A stretch of DNA of 64,000 bases from Oikopleura dioica. Its lineage: Eukaryota > Animalia > Chordata. The position numbers and the translations under genes are program-made. Below the pieces are notes generated by a model that saw only the letters and a list, made by a program, of their open reading frames with translations, searched no databases and had not been told where the DNA came from. The DNA is taken from contig OU015567.1 in the NCBI GenBank assembly GCA_907165135.1, positions 9,052,001 through 9,116,000 of the forward strand. Reading direction: 5' to 3'. This document shows positions 62,270 through 64,000 of this stretch, in pieces (positions within the stretch are counted from its first letter, which is position 1; each line of letters starts with the position of its first letter).

Positions 62270-63716
62270 TTAAAATCCGGGAGTCTTTCTTTTACCACCG
62301 CCTCCTTTTTTCTTTTGAGCACCGCCTTTCTTCTTCGCGCTTCGTTCCTAGAGTTTGGGATTAAGTTTTCGCTCTATCTGGGAGTCTCGTTTTTCCTCGT
62401 AAAAATGATGGACCGACCCTTGTTTACTGTTTACCTTTAAATTAGCCTTTCGTTTGTCTTGCTTGGCCTTCATTTTCTCCTGCAGCTGCTCGGTTCTCTG
62501 CGCCCACTTGGTCTTTGACTTTTCTTTCTTTTTCTCGACTCGTTTGAGACTTCGTTTCAACAGATTTGCATCATCTTTAACCTTTAAAAATCTCATATTC
62601 GAAAATCTCATGTCAGCGCATTTCTACCAAGAAGTTTAGCTCTTGTGGGAGAAAGCCCCTGGGCCCCCTTCCCCGTATCCCGCGCAAATCACTGTCGGGG
62701 AAGTCTAGAAAATTTCTTTACCACTTGCTTGGCGGTTTAGAAGAATCTCGAGATTCTGAAGAACAGAATCTGGAAAGTAAACGGGTCTGAGCCAATGAGA
62801 GAGCCGACAGGGGTTTGCGCGGCTTCTCCCCAAAATTAGGCGCGCTCAGAAATGCCCATGTCCCGGGCCAATATCTCCCGCCACATGTCTTCAGACATGG
62901 GCAGATTCTCCTATCTCCCTTTACTGCTCAACTTCATGGTACCTTTTCTCCTTTCATTCTCGTCATCGCATTCTTCCACTTTGCCTTTTCTCTCAAAGCT
63001 TCGGCCTTTTCAGGATTCGTTTCCTCTAGCTGTTCCAGTCTGGCTTCTTTGATTTCCGCCTCTTTGAGGCGAGTTTGCAGACTCTTCTTTTTCTACAAAA
63101 ATGACATGAAACGAAGAACCAAACAAAAGGGCGCGTTACCTTTTGCTTCTCTTTTTCCGCTTCAAGAGGATCTTTGATGAGATCAAATTTGTTGAAAATG
63201 ACTTTTCCATTTTCAACTGGTTCTTTTCTCGGGCTCTGGCTTCCGCGCTGCTGATCAGCCGCCGCGATTTCTTTAACTTTTGTTTTGAGTTTTTGCTTCT
63301 TTGCCTTTTTTCGTTCTCTTTCTGCTTTTCGTTTTTCACTGAGAACAAATGAAGAAAGGTTCTTCTGCGAAGTCATTTTACCTGACGATTCGTTGTTCCT
63401 CTTCAGTTCTCGGCGTCTTCGGCAGATCTCGTTTTTGGTTCGCTCTGATTTCCGCCATTTTCTCCGCGAACTTCTCCTTCAAGTCTGACGGCCTCAAAGC
63501 GTCGTTTTCAGTTGATCTTGGTGCGCTTTGTTCCGTCGGTGCATCTGCAGCCATACATTGTAGAAGCTTCTGAAATACACCGCATCAGATAAATAGCACA
63601 AAAAGATATCTTACCATGCTCGTAGTCAAGGCCGTATCTGGATTCAGTCGGAGTCGTCGCTTTTCAGCCTTGGAAATTCCTTCATTCTTCGCTTTTTCGG
63701 CATAATCAGTGGGGAT
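62270..63716 (-). CDS. SURF6: Surfeit locus protein 6 (Rrp14-like nucleolar protein); 5' end not resolved
   Basis: VIFNKFD; WKNAMTRMKGEK|VKDDANLLKRSLKR..KSKTKW..KRKANLK; C-terminal TPGF. Confidence 0.82.
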
Positions 63717-64000
63717 CTAAAAATTCTAGTCAGCGTGTCCAAGAGTTACTTTTACGTCAAGCTTAAAAGAAAATGGAAAACCGACTTGTTTATTGTGTTG
63801 AATATATTGATGGGAATGAAAAAAACGAATTGTGAAAAAAAAAGCTATTAGGAAACGCAGCACGTGAGAGCGATTCACTGGAGAAAAGGGCGTTTATCGA
63901 AATAATTTTGTAAAATTTGCCGGCCCTCGTGGGACCGGCTCGCTCAGGTTTAAATTTAATTAAGTTTTACATTTTTATTAGTTAAACAAGTGAAGCAAAT

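Noticed and set aside
62647-62662. GAAAGCCCCTGG resembling RNase MRP CR-I
   Set aside because: The required upstream P1/P3 region would fall in SURF6 coding sequence, and the CR-V match is poor.

Overview
This is compact, gene-dense eukaryotic DNA. It has many 25-100 nt introns, frequent non-canonical GA-AG and GC-AG splice sites, head-to-tail genes with short spacers, and abundant MITEs. This architecture is typical of the larvacean tunicate Oikopleura dioica (inferred, not proven). Genes recognised by manual splicing: FAM135, TXNDC15, aminoacylase-1, a MTMR6/7/8-type myotubularin, alpha-carbonic anhydrase, an ARSB-like arylsulfatase, a nuclear receptor, a chromodomain protein, a Ly6/three-finger protein, laminin beta, a rhodopsin-class GPCR, chondroitin sulfate synthase, a TM/EF-hand protein, an XK-like protein, MFSD11, a FAM228-like protein, a divergent STT3 and SURF6. 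Two further genes are nested antisense inside introns, one with an extended LOTUS domain. The most notable observations are: (1) a hAT-type MITE inside an STT3 coding exon whose 8-bp TSD supplies both splice sites for perfect removal (introner-like); (2) two pairs of tandem mutually exclusive exons in the arylsulfatase; (3) a nuclear receptor with no ligand-binding domain but with LxxLL motifs and an upstream AGGTCA/DR4 cluster; (4) a probably catalytically dead STT3 paralogue; (5) a furin-site cassette microexon in laminin beta; (6) a set of hAT-like MITEs with related termini but different internal repeat motifs. Exon boundaries were deduced by eye, so gene ends marked approximate may be off.
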